64,000 nt of DNA, taken from NCBI GenBank assembly GCA_963817915.1, contig CAWFQL010000010.1, positions 1 through 64,000 on the forward strand. The letters are read 5' to 3'. The translations under genes and the position numbers were made by a program. Below are positions 10,367 to 20,744 of the stretch, one piece after another. This DNA comes from an uncultured candidate division Zixibacteria bacterium (GTDB lineage: Bacteria > Zixibacteria > MSB-5A5 > UBA10806). Numbering within the stretch: the stretch's first letter is position 1; each line of letters opens with the position of its first letter. The notes beneath the pieces were generated by a model that saw only the letters and a program-made list of their open reading frames with translations, ran no database searches and was not told the DNA's origin.

Positions 10367-11416
10367 TTAGCCGAAAAATAATTCGGCCGCCTGATACAAA
10401 TCTTCTGATACTGTCTTTATCTTGTCAACGGCTTCTGATAATGGAACCGATAATATTTTGGTTCCTCTCAATGCCGCCATTTTCCCAAATTCACCGTTAT
10501 GGACCATATCGATCGCCGCAACACCGTAGCGAGTAGCCAGTACTCTATCGAATGCTGTTGGTGAGCCGCCCCGTTGGACATGCCCCAGGATTACTACTCT
10601 CGATTCAAAGCCGGTGCGTTTTTCGATTTCTCGCGCGACCACAGCCCCGATACCGCCAAGCTTCACATGCCCAAACGCATCCTTGCCCATATCCTGTAAT
10701 ATGAATGTTCCGTCCGCGTCCTGCTCATTGCGGAATTTGGCTCCCTCGGCCACAACAATTATCGAAAAATCACGCCCGCGTTGATGTCTGGTGACAATCA
10801 ATTCGCAGACTTTTTCTATATCGAATGGCTTTTCGGGAATCAAGATGACATCAGCGCCGCCCGCTATACCTGCTTGAATCGCAATCCATCCGGTATGCCG
10901 CCCCATGACCTCTACCACCATCACACGATTGTGCGATTCGGCGGTAGAATGGACACGGTCAATCGCTTCCATCGCGATATTAACCGCCGTATCGAATCCG
11001 AAGGTATAATCAGTACCCTCTAAATCGTTATCGATCGTCTTTGGCACCCCAACAACATCAACGCCTTTTTCGCTAAGTATTCGCGCTACTCCAAGGGTAT
11101 CCTCGCCGCCGATTGCAATTAAGGCTTTGAGTTTCAATTTCGCGAAATTGGAAATAATCCGTTCGACGCCGTCTTTTTCTTTTATGGGATTCGTACGGGA
11201 TGTTTTGATAATCGTGCCGCCCTTATAGATAATTCCCGAGACTTTTTCCCTATCCAAAATCTCGTACTTCATATCCAGCATGCCGCGCCAGCCGCCAATC
11301 ATCCCCAGGACTTCATAGTCATAAACGCTCAATGATTTCCTTACTATGGCGCGTATAACCGCGTTCAATCCGGGGCAGTCGCCTCCGCCTGTTAATACTC
11401 CAACTCTTTCAGACAT
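10367..11416 (-). CDS. pfp: PfkA-family phosphofructokinase with PPi-type signature
   Basis: GGGDCPG, GGEDT, PKTIDND, EVMGR, GHVQRGG. Confidence 0.85.
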   Translation of the reverse strand: MSERVGVLTGGGDCPGLNAVIRAIVRKSLSVYDYEVLGMIGGWRGMLDMKYEILDREKVSGIIYKGGTIIKTSRTNPIKEKDGVERIISNFAKLKLKALIAIGGEDTLGVARILSEKGVDVVGVPKTIDNDLEGTDYTFGFDTAVNIAMEAIDRVHSTAESHNRVMVVEVMGRHTGWIAIQAGIAGGADVILIPEKPFDIEKVCELIVTRHQRGRDFSIIVVAEGAKFRNEQDADGTFILQDMGKDAFGHVKLGGIGAVVAREIEKRTGFESRVVILGHVQRGGSPTAFDRVLATRYGVAAIDMVHNGEFGKMAALRGTKILSVPLSEAVDKIKTVSEDLYQAAELFFG

Positions 11417-11430
11417 ATTTTGAATTTCCT

Positions 11431-12396
11431 CTAATTCCCTAATGTTTCTGCTAAGGCAATTATACGCTCGTCAAAGACATTTTTCGTCCTTAAAATAACA
11501 TCGAGCGGGGTAGTGATGATTTCATCTTTTACAAGACCAACCATGCAATTTGACTTGCCCGCGATCAGCTCCGTCACAGCCGCGGAGCCGAGCCTGGATC
11601 CGAGCACTCGATCGAAGCATGTCGGCGATCCGCCACGCTGCAGATGTCCGAGCACTGTGACTTTGGACTCTATCCTGGCAATCTTCGAAAGCTGCCTGGC
11701 TACTTGATAAGCTGTTGATGCCCCTTCGGCGACAACTATGATATTGGCGGTCTTATGCCGTTCATATCTTTCTAAAATACGGGCGGCAATTTTTTCAAGA
11801 TCGTATTTTACTTCCGGAACTATCGCCGCCTCCGCGCCGGTCGCAATTGCGGAGATTATTGCCAGATAGCCCGCGCCCCGCCCCATTACTTCGATAATGA
11901 ATGTCCGTTCGTGCGAGGATGCCGTATCCTTTATTTTGTCGATTACTTCCACAATATTGTTGAGCGCGGTATCGACACCGAGCGCCATATCGGTACCGAA
12001 GATATCATTATCGATGCTTCCCGGAGCGCCTATAACGCTGACCCCGCGATCAGCTATCGCCTGTGCGCCTCTCAATGAGCCATCACCGCCAATAACAATA
12101 AGGCCATCGCACCTATTCGCGATCAAGTTCTTTATGCCTTCTTTTTGACCCTCATCGAACTTGAAATCCTCGCACCGCGAGGATAAAAGCACCGTACCAC
12201 CCCTCTGGATTATGCCCGATGTGTCTTTATTAGTCATTATGTAGCAATCGTTATCGAGCAATCCCGAAAAACCACGCCGAAACGCCAGGACTTCGATCCC
12301 ATGCTTGCTAGCTTCATGCACGACGGCCCTGATACATGGATTCATGCCGGGTGCGTCGCCGCCTGATGTAAGTAATCCGATTCTATTCAACATCAA
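11431..12396 (-). CDS. pfkA: ATP-dependent 6-phosphofructokinase
   Basis: SGGDAPGMN, GGDGS, PGSIDND, EVMGR, GHLQRGG. Confidence 0.95.
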   Translation of the reverse strand: MMLNRIGLLTSGGDAPGMNPCIRAVVHEASKHGIEVLAFRRGFSGLLDNDCYIMTNKDTSGIIQRGGTVLLSSRCEDFKFDEGQKEGIKNLIANRCDGLIVIGGDGSLRGAQAIADRGVSVIGAPGSIDNDIFGTDMALGVDTALNNIVEVIDKIKDTASSHERTFIIEVMGRGAGYLAIISAIATGAEAAIVPEVKYDLEKIAARILERYERHKTANIIVVAEGASTAYQVARQLSKIARIESKVTVLGHLQRGGSPTCFDRVLGSRLGSAAVTELIAGKSNCMVGLVKDEIITTPLDVILRTKNVFDERIIALAETLGN

Positions 12397-12433
12397 AGGT
12401 CCCCTCCTCTGAATTAGCTATCGAAAACAAAGG

Positions 12434-12463
12434 ATTATACTTTAGCGAAAACTTATCAGTCAA
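12434..12463 (-). promoter_or_regulatory. Sigma70-like promoter of the glycolytic operon
   Basis: TTGACT-18 nt-TATAAT upstream of pfkA. Confidence 0.6.
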
Positions 12464-12584
12464 GCAATTTATCCCTAATCAAAATGGCCTATGGTGAAAT
12501 TTTAAGTTTGAAGACAAAATATTCTACGATCGTCCCGATGCCGCTACTTTGCCGCCGCTTTTTGACACCGTGGGAGTCATTAAT

Positions 12585-12815
12585 CTAAACCAGCCTCAGC
12601 TGGCCATAATATCTGCCTCGAGCCGATTTGATATTCCATAATGAATTGCAGATTTTGCAACGAATATAAATATCACTGCTGTCTTCATAGAGAAGCTCAA
12701 AATTATCAAGACCGCATTTGGGACAGAAAGTATAGGTTGCCGACGGCCATTCGCTGAAGTCGTTTCGCCCCAAGTTTATTCCCAATTCCTTTTTAGACTT
12801 GAATCGCGGAAACAT
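12585..12815 (-). CDS. Small zinc-ribbon protein
   Basis: CPKC...CKIC; GGAG RBS upstream. Confidence 0.65.
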   Translation of the reverse strand: MFPRFKSKKELGINLGRNDFSEWPSATYTFCPKCGLDNFELLYEDSSDIYIRCKICNSLWNIKSARGRYYGQLRLV

Positions 12816-12984
12816 CTTATTTCTCCAGTCTTTTTAGGAAGGTCTTATATAGATTCAGGTCTTTCGCCACTATATATATCGTGGTCAATTGCGCTAATTA
12901 TCGTTTGAAGGCAATAAAACCCTGGTTGTTGACATAATTCGCAATTTATATGTTTCAATTTTAATCTATTAGCAGAAATTATCC

Positions 12985-14433
12985 TTAACCCTTGATATTT
13001 GCCAATGGAAGGAGCCGCGCGACCTTTTTCGAGATACCGATTTTGTCGACTGTATCGACAACTTCCAAGACATTCTTGTACGCGAATCCAGCTTCCTCAG
13101 CCAATCCGGAGAATGATGCGGTACGGACCAAAATTCCCTCTTTTTCCATCTGATGCTGCAGATCCGATCCGCGAATTTTCTTCTTGGCCGCCGATCGGGA
13201 CATTACCCTTCCAGCGCCATGAATCGTCGATCCAAAGGTCAATTCCTCTGCCTTCTTTGTGCCGGCCATAATGTAAGAACCGGATTGCATCGATCCTCCA
13301 ACCAGCACCGGTTGGCCCATATCACGGTATTCCGGTGAGATATTCGGATTTCCGGGGCCGAATGCCCGGGTAGCGCCTTTACGGTGAATCAGCAATTTCG
13401 TCGGCTTGCCGTCGATATTGTAGGTCTCGATTTTGGCGATATTATGGGCGACATCGTACACAAGATGCATTCCCATTTCATTCATTGACTTTTTAAGAAC
13501 CTTTTCAAAAGCCGTTCTAATTCTATGGGATATTACCTGCCTATTTACAAACGCTGTATTGGCGGCGCAGGCCATCGCAGAAAAATACGCCTTGCCTTCG
13601 GGTGAATTTATCGGCGCGCACGCCAGCTCGCGGTCGTTGGTCACGATACCGTATTTTTTCATCGCCTCGCCAAAGCTCTGCAGGTAATCTGTACCGATCT
13701 GATGTCCGAATCCTCTTGAGCCGCAATGAACCATTATCATTACCTGGCCGTCATCAATTATTCCGAGACGTTTGGCCATTTCCCTATCACAACCGGGATC
13801 GAATGACACCTTCTGAATCTCAAGATAATGATTACCTGATCCGAGCGTGCCAATCTGATCGATGCCTCGTTTGAACGCTTTATCAGAGACGAATGATGGA
13901 TCCGCGCCCGGAAGGCAACCATTTTGTTCGATTCGATCGATATCTGATTCCCAGGCGAAGCCGTTGTCCTTGCACCATGCGGCGCCATTCACCATGATTT
14001 TTTCAAATTCCTTTTTTGATAAATCAACAAAGCCGCTCTTTCCCACTCCCGATGGTATTAGCTCAAAAAGAGCGTCAACCAATTGCTTGATTTTCGGCTG
14101 GATTTCAGCGGCAGTGAGATTGGTTCTCAATATCCTTACTCCGCAATTGATATCAAAACCGATTCCGCCGGGCGAAATGACTCCATCATTCAGATCGAAT
14201 GCCGCCACGCCGCCGATCGGAAATCCATATCCCCAATGACCATCCGGCATGCACCAGGCATAATTCCTGATGCCGGGCAGGCAGGCGACATTAGTGATCT
14301 GATTGAATACTCCGTCGTCCATTCCCGCCATGAGCTTATCCGACGCTATTATTCGGGCAGGAACTCTCATGCCCTGCTTTTGGTCAGGCGCGATTTCCCA
14401 GATATTGTCAGCGACTTTATCTTTTTTCATCAT
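12985..14433 (-). CDS. rtcB: RtcB-family RNA 3'-phosphate/5'-OH ligase
   Basis: MPDGHWGYGFPIGG, GFDINCG, GNHY, HCGSRG, HN, HRKGAT, HGAGR. Confidence 0.97.
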   Translation of the reverse strand: MMKKDKVADNIWEIAPDQKQGMRVPARIIASDKLMAGMDDGVFNQITNVACLPGIRNYAWCMPDGHWGYGFPIGGVAAFDLNDGVISPGGIGFDINCGVRILRTNLTAAEIQPKIKQLVDALFELIPSGVGKSGFVDLSKKEFEKIMVNGAAWCKDNGFAWESDIDRIEQNGCLPGADPSFVSDKAFKRGIDQIGTLGSGNHYLEIQKVSFDPGCDREMAKRLGIIDDGQVMIMVHCGSRGFGHQIGTDYLQSFGEAMKKYGIVTNDRELACAPINSPEGKAYFSAMACAANTAFVNRQVISHRIRTAFEKVLKKSMNEMGMHLVYDVAHNIAKIETYNIDGKPTKLLIHRKGATRAFGPGNPNISPEYRDMGQPVLVGGSMQSGSYIMAGTKKAEELTFGSTIHGAGRVMSRSAAKKKIRGSDLQHQMEKEGILVRTASFSGLAEEAGFAYKNVLEVVDTVDKIGISKKVARLLPLANIKG

Positions 14434-14438
14434 TTACC

Positions 14439-14880
14439 CTAAAGATCAAGAATCATCCTTGTCCTGTAGCCGTTTATGTCGGAAATTATCCTGAGATCAT
14501 GATATGTAACTGCCTTCACGTCCGTTTTAATTTCGTGCTTGTCATAGCTGATAGCTTCACCAAAAATCGAGGCCTTCAACGACCTGATGTCGTCAGATAT
14601 CACAATATCAAATCCGGAAAAAAACATCTTTTCCACATCTTTCAAATAGATCAGCTCTGCCATAAAATTATACAGTAATTCCTCGGTATTTGTGCCAGAA
14701 ATCGATAAATCTCAATCTTTTTCGCGTTTTCTCAACTTTCTCAGGATTGGCCATCGCAAAAGAGCAGGCGTAGGCGCAATTGCAGAAGAGCTCATTTAAT
14801 GTTTTGCCATAGGCTTCGAACACGAAATCAGCGGATGCAATCTCATCTATGATTTTGAACCTGGAGCCTAAATCTGTCAT
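14439..14880 (-). CDS. Archease, frameshifted
   Basis: SADFVFEAYGKTLNELF (14668-14880) plus ELIYLKD...TDVKAVTYH...ILDL (14439-14663); adjacent to rtcB. Confidence 0.9.
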
Positions 14881-15629
14881 TTTGCCATTGCCAGGCTGAA
14901 TATATCGAGTCTTTTGGGATTGAGCTCTCTTATCGGTCTGGATGCTTCAAATATGGTCGCTCCGGTAGTCACGATATCATCCACCAATAAAATTGATTTA
15001 TTTCCTATTTCATCTCTAAAATTATCCGAAATCGCAAAGGCATCTTTGACATTAAGCCAGCGATCATTTTCGATAAGCTTGGCCTGCTGTTTTGTCGGCT
15101 TGATTCTAATCAGCATCTCAGGGAAATGCCTTGCCCCCAGATATGACGCCAATTTTTCGGAGATTATCTCAGACTGATTGTATCGCCGTTCCTGCTGCCT
15201 GATTCTGTGTAACGGAACCGGCACGACATAATCATAATGATTCTCGATTATTCGGGTCGTAAGTGATTCAAACGCCATTTCGACCAATCGTTCTCCAAGC
15301 TCTTTCGAATAGTGAAACTTAAATTGAAGCAGACAGTCTTTTAATTCATCATCATAAATTCCCCAATAATACATATAAAGACAATCGGGACTCGCGCATC
15401 TGCCGCATGGATGGGCGGCGTCACGGGGCCTTCCACAAAATGGGCAAACTGGACCACCACCGTGATTTTTTAAATTTAATATTTCGATACATTTGGGACA
15501 GAGCAAAGGATCGTCGAAATCTTTAATCCGGCCGCAACACAGACACGACGATGGCGCCAGGAATTCTTTAAAATCGTCATATAGGGATTTTGAGAATGAT
15601 ATGGTCTTATTAATGACCAGATTCAGCAT
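14877..15629 (-). CDS. comF: ComF family protein (double zinc ribbon plus PRTase domain)
   Basis: Several CxxC pairs, VPVPLH..RRYNQS, LLVDDIVTTGAT. Confidence 0.92.
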   Translation of the reverse strand: MLNLVINKTISFSKSLYDDFKEFLAPSSCLCCGRIKDFDDPLLCPKCIEILNLKNHGGGPVCPFCGRPRDAAHPCGRCASPDCLYMYYWGIYDDELKDCLLQFKFHYSKELGERLVEMAFESLTTRIIENHYDYVVPVPLHRIRQQERRYNQSEIISEKLASYLGARHFPEMLIRIKPTKQQAKLIENDRWLNVKDAFAISDNFRDEIGNKSILLVDDIVTTGATIFEASRPIRELNPKRLDIFSLAMAK

Positions 15630-16443
15630 TGATACCCGCCTTTTTCTTATAACGGGAATACATCACAAAATACGCGACTATTGATCCGACAAATAGCAAA
15701 ATCGATATGGCCTGATTGCGAGAAATATTCTGTCCACCGATCGTCATAAAAACCATGGAATCCTCGTAATACCGGAAGAAATCAATTATGAAACGCCATA
15801 AGGAATAAAGTCCAATAGTAATCCAAAATGAATGTCCGTCAAATTTCTTGAATCGTTCGCTCCAGAGAATAATACCCAGCATCACAAATCCGGCGGCGGA
15901 TTCATAAAGCTGAGTTGGAATCAGCGCGGTATGTGGAAAATAATATCCGGCAGCCGATTCCGGCGGAAAAATAACGCCGCACGACGAATGGCTTGGCAAC
16001 CCATAGCAGCAACCGTTGAGGAAACATCCAATCCTCGTTATCCCGACACCGAGCGCGAACATCGGCATCATGATGTCGCATAGCTTCCAGGTTATATCCT
16101 TGTGAAAATGGAAAAATACAAATCCGGCAATCAGCGCCAGGACAACTCCGCCCATCATCGAAAGCCCGGAGATTCCAAATGAATCCGCTTGAAATGGATT
16201 AATTACATTGAGGAGATTATTGGAAAATTCATCCAGATGATAGATGACATAGAAAAATCGAGAACCTACCAACGCCGCTATCAGCACAATAAACGCGAGA
16301 TCGAGTACCAAATCTTCCTTGACGCCTGCTTTCCTCGCTCTTCTCAGGGCCAGATAAGTGCCAAGAAGAAATGATATTGACAGCATTATCCCGTACGAAC
16401 GGATAAAATGGATGCCGACAAAGCTGAACGGTTCCGGAAACAT
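15610..16443 (-). CDS. lgt: Prolipoprotein diacylglyceryl transferase
   Basis: RSYG, GSRFFYV, RIGCFLNGCCYG, PTQLYE; ATG overlaps the rodA stop (TAATG). Confidence 0.93.
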   Translation of the reverse strand: MFPEPFSFVGIHFIRSYGIMLSISFLLGTYLALRRARKAGVKEDLVLDLAFIVLIAALVGSRFFYVIYHLDEFSNNLLNVINPFQADSFGISGLSMMGGVVLALIAGFVFFHFHKDITWKLCDIMMPMFALGVGITRIGCFLNGCCYGLPSHSSCGVIFPPESAAGYYFPHTALIPTQLYESAAGFVMLGIILWSERFKKFDGHSFWITIGLYSLWRFIIDFFRYYEDSMVFMTIGGQNISRNQAISILLFVGSIVAYFVMYSRYKKKAGINAESGH

Positions 16444-17648
16444 TAATACTCCTGCCAATCACGATTAATGGCTAATAGGAAACCAGTGACAATCCAGAAA
16501 AATATAAGCGAGGAACCGCCGTAGCTCACAAACGGCAAAGGCAATCCCGTCACCGGCATGAGCCCGATCGTCATACCAATATTAATCAATACCTGGAATA
16601 CCAATATGCCAGTAAAGCCGCAAGCTACATAGCTGAGGAATTGATTCCTGGCTTTGTATGCTAACGCAAATCCCTTATAAAATAACCATCCAAATAGCAC
16701 AATGACGATTATACATCCGATAAACCCGAATTGTTCGGAAAGCCCGGAGAAGATAAAGTCGGTATGTTGCTCAGGCAAAAAGCTCAATTTCGTCTGACTG
16801 CCATGCAAAAATCCCTGCCCGAAAAGGCCGCCGGCTCCAACCGCGATCTTTGACTGAATAATCTGATATCCAGCCCCGCGTGGGTCCTGTCCGGGATCAA
16901 GGAAAGTAATGATTCTCATTTTCTGATATCCATGAAGCCTGTTCCAGATAAGCGGAGTTATCATTCCAAAAAGCAGATTTAGAACCAGGAAAAATGTCCC
17001 CTGCGCAAGTCGGAGACGAGAAAAGAAAATCAATATTAGAAGCAAAAAGAAAAATATTGCCCAGGTTAGCCAGTGAAATGCGCTGATCATACTGATTATT
17101 GGGGTGATTATTATCAGGATTCTGTTCAATGGCATTCCAGACCAAATCAGTAGAAATAGAAACGAGGCGAAAAAGACCAGAGAACTTCCCAAATCCGGCT
17201 GCACCAATACCAATCCGGCGGGGATCGCCACCACAAACAGCATGAAGAATACCCAATTAAAATCCTGAAGCCTTAAATTGCGAAATCCAAGATAGCGCGC
17301 CAACGCGAATACCACTGCGACTTTTGCCGGTTCGGCAGGCTGAATATTTAAACCACCCAATCTAAACCATCGGGCCGCTACTTCTCTCGAATAAATCAGG
17401 AGTCCAGCAAGAATTATAATCGCAAGGACATAATATACTATCGATAACGCCTCATGGAATTTAAGCGGAATTTTATAAATTACAAAACAGATGATAAGGC
17501 CAAAAATTAGCCACGCGAATTGGCGTAAATAAAGAGAATGCGCCGCCGGGGATGTCGAGTAATAAGTCGCGGCATAAATAAGCGCGATACCGATAAGGCT
17601 CAGCGCCAATGCTGGCAAAAAAATGCCGAGATCGAATGATCTGTGCAT
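16443..17648 (-). CDS. rodA: Rod shape-determining protein RodA
   Basis: QPAE, QPDLG, GYQIIQSKIAVG, LPEQHTDFIF, PFVSYGGSS. Confidence 0.97.
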   Translation of the reverse strand: MHRSFDLGIFLPALALSLIGIALIYAATYYSTSPAAHSLYLRQFAWLIFGLIICFVIYKIPLKFHEALSIVYYVLAIIILAGLLIYSREVAARWFRLGGLNIQPAEPAKVAVVFALARYLGFRNLRLQDFNWVFFMLFVVAIPAGLVLVQPDLGSSLVFFASFLFLLIWSGMPLNRILIIITPIISMISAFHWLTWAIFFFLLLILIFFSRLRLAQGTFFLVLNLLFGMITPLIWNRLHGYQKMRIITFLDPGQDPRGAGYQIIQSKIAVGAGGLFGQGFLHGSQTKLSFLPEQHTDFIFSGLSEQFGFIGCIIVIVLFGWLFYKGFALAYKARNQFLSYVACGFTGILVFQVLINIGMTIGLMPVTGLPLPFVSYGGSSLIFFWIVTGFLLAINRDWQEY

Positions 17649-19465
17649 TATTGACGCCCCGGGATTTGGGCTGAGGCTACAGTAGCAGTGGTATCAACTC
17701 CAAAAAATCTCTGGAGGATTTTCCCGGCGACTGGAGCCGCCATCGATCCGCCGTGACCGGCATTTTCCACAAGTACCGCTATGGCAATTTCGGGCGATTC
17801 CGCCGGAGCGTAGCATACAAACCAGGCATGGTCATTTCCATGAGGGTTCTGGGCAGTCCCCGTCTTCCCCGCCACAATAAAACCCTTAACCGCGGCCTGG
17901 TGGGCCGTGCCGCGAGGATCATTTACGACGCCTGCAAGCCCGGTCTTGATATACCCAAGATTTTCCTGACTTATAGGAAGTTTTTCGATAATTTCAGGTT
18001 CATTATACATGGTATCCCCGGCAGGCGAAATAATGGTTGATACCAGACGCGGCTTATATAATGTCCCGCCGTTTCCTATCGCCGCGTAGAAGGCCGCCAT
18101 CTGTACAGGCGTTACCAAAATTTCTCCCTGCCCAATAGCGAGGTTGATTACCAGAAATTTTGTCCAGCCCCGGTCTCCATATCTTCTATCCATATATTCC
18201 GGCGTGGGATTGATACCGGGTAATTCGCCTGGCATATCGATGCCCGTAACTTGGCCAAAATGCAATTTTCCAGACATCTCCGTCCAGGCAGCGATGCCTC
18301 CGGCGAGACCTAATTGATAAAAATAAACGTCGCACGATTGAATGATGGCATCGATCAGCCCCAATGAGCCATGACCTCGCGGCGTCCAACATTTGAAGAC
18401 ACGATTGCCAAATTGCTTAGCACCGTGGCAAGGGTCAAATCTCGTCGACGGTGTAATTATATGATCTTCGAGTCCCATAGCGGCCGTAACAGCTTTCATG
18501 GTCGAACCCGGCGGATATGTACCTTTGATGGCCCGATCAAAAAGCGGATGCAACGAATCAGACGATACCTGATTCCAGATATCCTGCGATATTACTCCTG
18601 AAAATAGGTTTGGATCATAGTCGGGTACCGATGCCAGAATTCGCACGGCTCCGTTGCGGGGATCGATCGCAACTATCGCCCCCGAACCGCGAGCGGTCAA
18701 TTCCTCCTCCGCAAGAGTCTGTAAATCCCAATCGATTTCCATATTGAGAGTCGATCCCCTGATAGGGTTGATTCTCGGCCTGTCTTTAAGTTCGCCAAGT
18801 ATCTTACCTGCCGCCGTAACTTCAAGATATTTTAATCCGCTGGTTCCGCGGAGAAATTCCTCATATTGTTTTTCAATACCATCTTTACCGATAATATCGC
18901 CCATAAAATATCCCGAAAGCGAATCTCTCACCAATTCGTCATCGGTAATTTCGCCGACATAGCCCCAAAGGTGCGCGCCATAATTATTTTCCGGATATTG
19001 ACGGGTCGGTTCTACTTCGAACGCTATTCCCGGGAAATCAAGAGCGTGCTCCTCGATAAAGCTCACAGTCGGAAAATCGACATCCCTTTTCAGCCTGATA
19101 GGTCTATAATGTCCCTGCCAGCCGATCTTGATTCGATTCTTGATTTCTTCAGTATCCTGCTTCATGACTTCCGCCAGTCTGGAACAGGTTGAATCGAGAT
19201 TATCGACTTCATAAGGAAGGATATACATCGAATATGAAGGCCTGCTCTTAACAAGCAAAGTGCCCTTTTTATCAAAAATCATTCCTCGCGGAGCAGGAAT
19301 TGGCACCATGCGGACGCCATTCTGCTCTGATGCTTTTCTATAGAAGCCGCTGGAGAATACCTGCATCGAGAACAATTTGGCAACTATGAAAAGCACACAT
19401 GCCGCGACAAGCGCGAGCAGAAAATGGTAATTGAATCTACGCCGCTGATATCCGGGTTCAATCAT
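17648..19465 (-). CDS. mrdA: Penicillin-binding protein 2
   Basis: PGSTMK, SCD, KTGT motifs; mreCD-mrdA-rodA synteny. Confidence 0.97.
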   Translation of the reverse strand: MIEPGYQRRRFNYHFLLALVAACVLFIVAKLFSMQVFSSGFYRKASEQNGVRMVPIPAPRGMIFDKKGTLLVKSRPSYSMYILPYEVDNLDSTCSRLAEVMKQDTEEIKNRIKIGWQGHYRPIRLKRDVDFPTVSFIEEHALDFPGIAFEVEPTRQYPENNYGAHLWGYVGEITDDELVRDSLSGYFMGDIIGKDGIEKQYEEFLRGTSGLKYLEVTAAGKILGELKDRPRINPIRGSTLNMEIDWDLQTLAEEELTARGSGAIVAIDPRNGAVRILASVPDYDPNLFSGVISQDIWNQVSSDSLHPLFDRAIKGTYPPGSTMKAVTAAMGLEDHIITPSTRFDPCHGAKQFGNRVFKCWTPRGHGSLGLIDAIIQSCDVYFYQLGLAGGIAAWTEMSGKLHFGQVTGIDMPGELPGINPTPEYMDRRYGDRGWTKFLVINLAIGQGEILVTPVQMAAFYAAIGNGGTLYKPRLVSTIISPAGDTMYNEPEIIEKLPISQENLGYIKTGLAGVVNDPRGTAHQAAVKGFIVAGKTGTAQNPHGNDHAWFVCYAPAESPEIAIAVLVENAGHGGSMAAPVAGKILQRFFGVDTTATVASAQIPGRQ

Positions 19466-19950
19466 AGTAAATTTCTTAAACGATAACGCTCATTTATGAG
19501 CCATTGACCGACAATTCCTATTATTGACGTATATATCGCTATGAGAATCGAAATGCCTATCATCTTGAAAAAATTATCGAAAAGAAAACCGGGGAGCGTG
19601 CAAAATCTGTAGCTCATCTGGAAGCCGACCGTAATCAGAAGCGTCATGATACCTTGAAACCACATGCTCTCGATATAAATCGTATCTCTTATTACACCCA
19701 CCATAAACCCGGACAATGAGAATAGTAATGTCATCCACCCTAATTTTTGCGGATCGAGAAGATCAATCGAAAGGCCAAGTGCAAATCCAAGCCATAATCC
19801 GGCTTTCCACCCGTGCTTGAGCCCCCAGATAATAATCGTAGCCATAAGGATATCCGGATAAATCCCCAGAATTGTCAGTCTCGGTACCAATACAATTTGA
19901 AGAAAGACCAGAACGAACCAGCCCAAAAAATATGACAAAAGATTATTCAT
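19462..19950 (-). CDS. mreD: Rod shape-determining protein MreD
   Basis: Hydrophobic 162-aa protein (PDI..GF.LGL..D) between mreC and mrdA. Confidence 0.9.
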   Translation of the reverse strand: MNNLLSYFLGWFVLVFLQIVLVPRLTILGIYPDILMATIIIWGLKHGWKAGLWLGFALGLSIDLLDPQKLGWMTLLFSLSGFMVGVIRDTIYIESMWFQGIMTLLITVGFQMSYRFCTLPGFLFDNFFKMIGISILIAIYTSIIGIVGQWLINERYRLRNLL

Positions 19951-19955
19951 GATAA

Positions 19956-20744
19956 TTAAATCGGCGAAATAATCACGAATACTTCTTCCAGGGAATTAAA
20001 ATTAGCTCCCGGTTTAACAAGTATATCGCGAAAAATCTCGCCACCCTTATCCTCAGATTTTATTACAGTGCCAATAAATAGCCCATTCGGGAAAATACCG
20101 CCCAGTCCGGATGTTATCACGCTATCACCTTCCACCACTACTTCTTCTATCGGAACATCTTGCAGAGAAAGATACTTGCCGCCGGAATATCGCAAAATTC
20201 CATGGGCTCGATTTGCCTGTATCGTAGCCGCGACTTTGGACCAGGGATCGTACAAAAGCTGGACTGTCGCCGATCTCCATCCAGTGGCAATAGTCTTCCC
20301 TACGATTCCCGACGGCGTAATTACAGCCATATTTCTCTTAATTCCTTTTTCTTCTCCGGCATCAATTACGATTGCTTTGTACAATGAAGTCGGCGATAAA
20401 CCAATCACTCTCGCGGGGATCATTCTATAGGGTATATTGAGATTAAAATTGACCATCGCTCTCAAGCGATCGTTCTCATATCTATTTTCTATTAAAGTGG
20501 ATACAAGAACGGAAAGAGAATCGAGTTTTTGATTGAGTACGCTATTCAGTTCAGAAGTTTCTTCAATTTTCGTCAGCGATCTATCAATTTTTACGAATGG
20601 ATATAAAATGGAATATGAAGCGATTTTGGAGATTGTCGTCTTAAGCGATAAAGGCGTGACAATCAACAATATCGATATTATCGCCACCAGGAATAGCGGC
20701 TGGAGGCGCGGATTCCTTAATATCCCCTTTGTAAAGAACCGCAT
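19956..20744 (-). CDS. mreC: Rod shape-determining protein MreC
   Basis: ENDRLR coiled coil, ARVIG, GIVG, TSGLGGIFP.GL.IG. Confidence 0.95.
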   Translation of the reverse strand: MRFFTKGILRNPRLQPLFLVAIISILLIVTPLSLKTTISKIASYSILYPFVKIDRSLTKIEETSELNSVLNQKLDSLSVLVSTLIENRYENDRLRAMVNFNLNIPYRMIPARVIGLSPTSLYKAIVIDAGEEKGIKRNMAVITPSGIVGKTIATGWRSATVQLLYDPWSKVAATIQANRAHGILRYSGGKYLSLQDVPIEEVVVEGDSVITSGLGGIFPNGLFIGTVIKSEDKGGEIFRDILVKPGANFNSLEEVFVIISPI

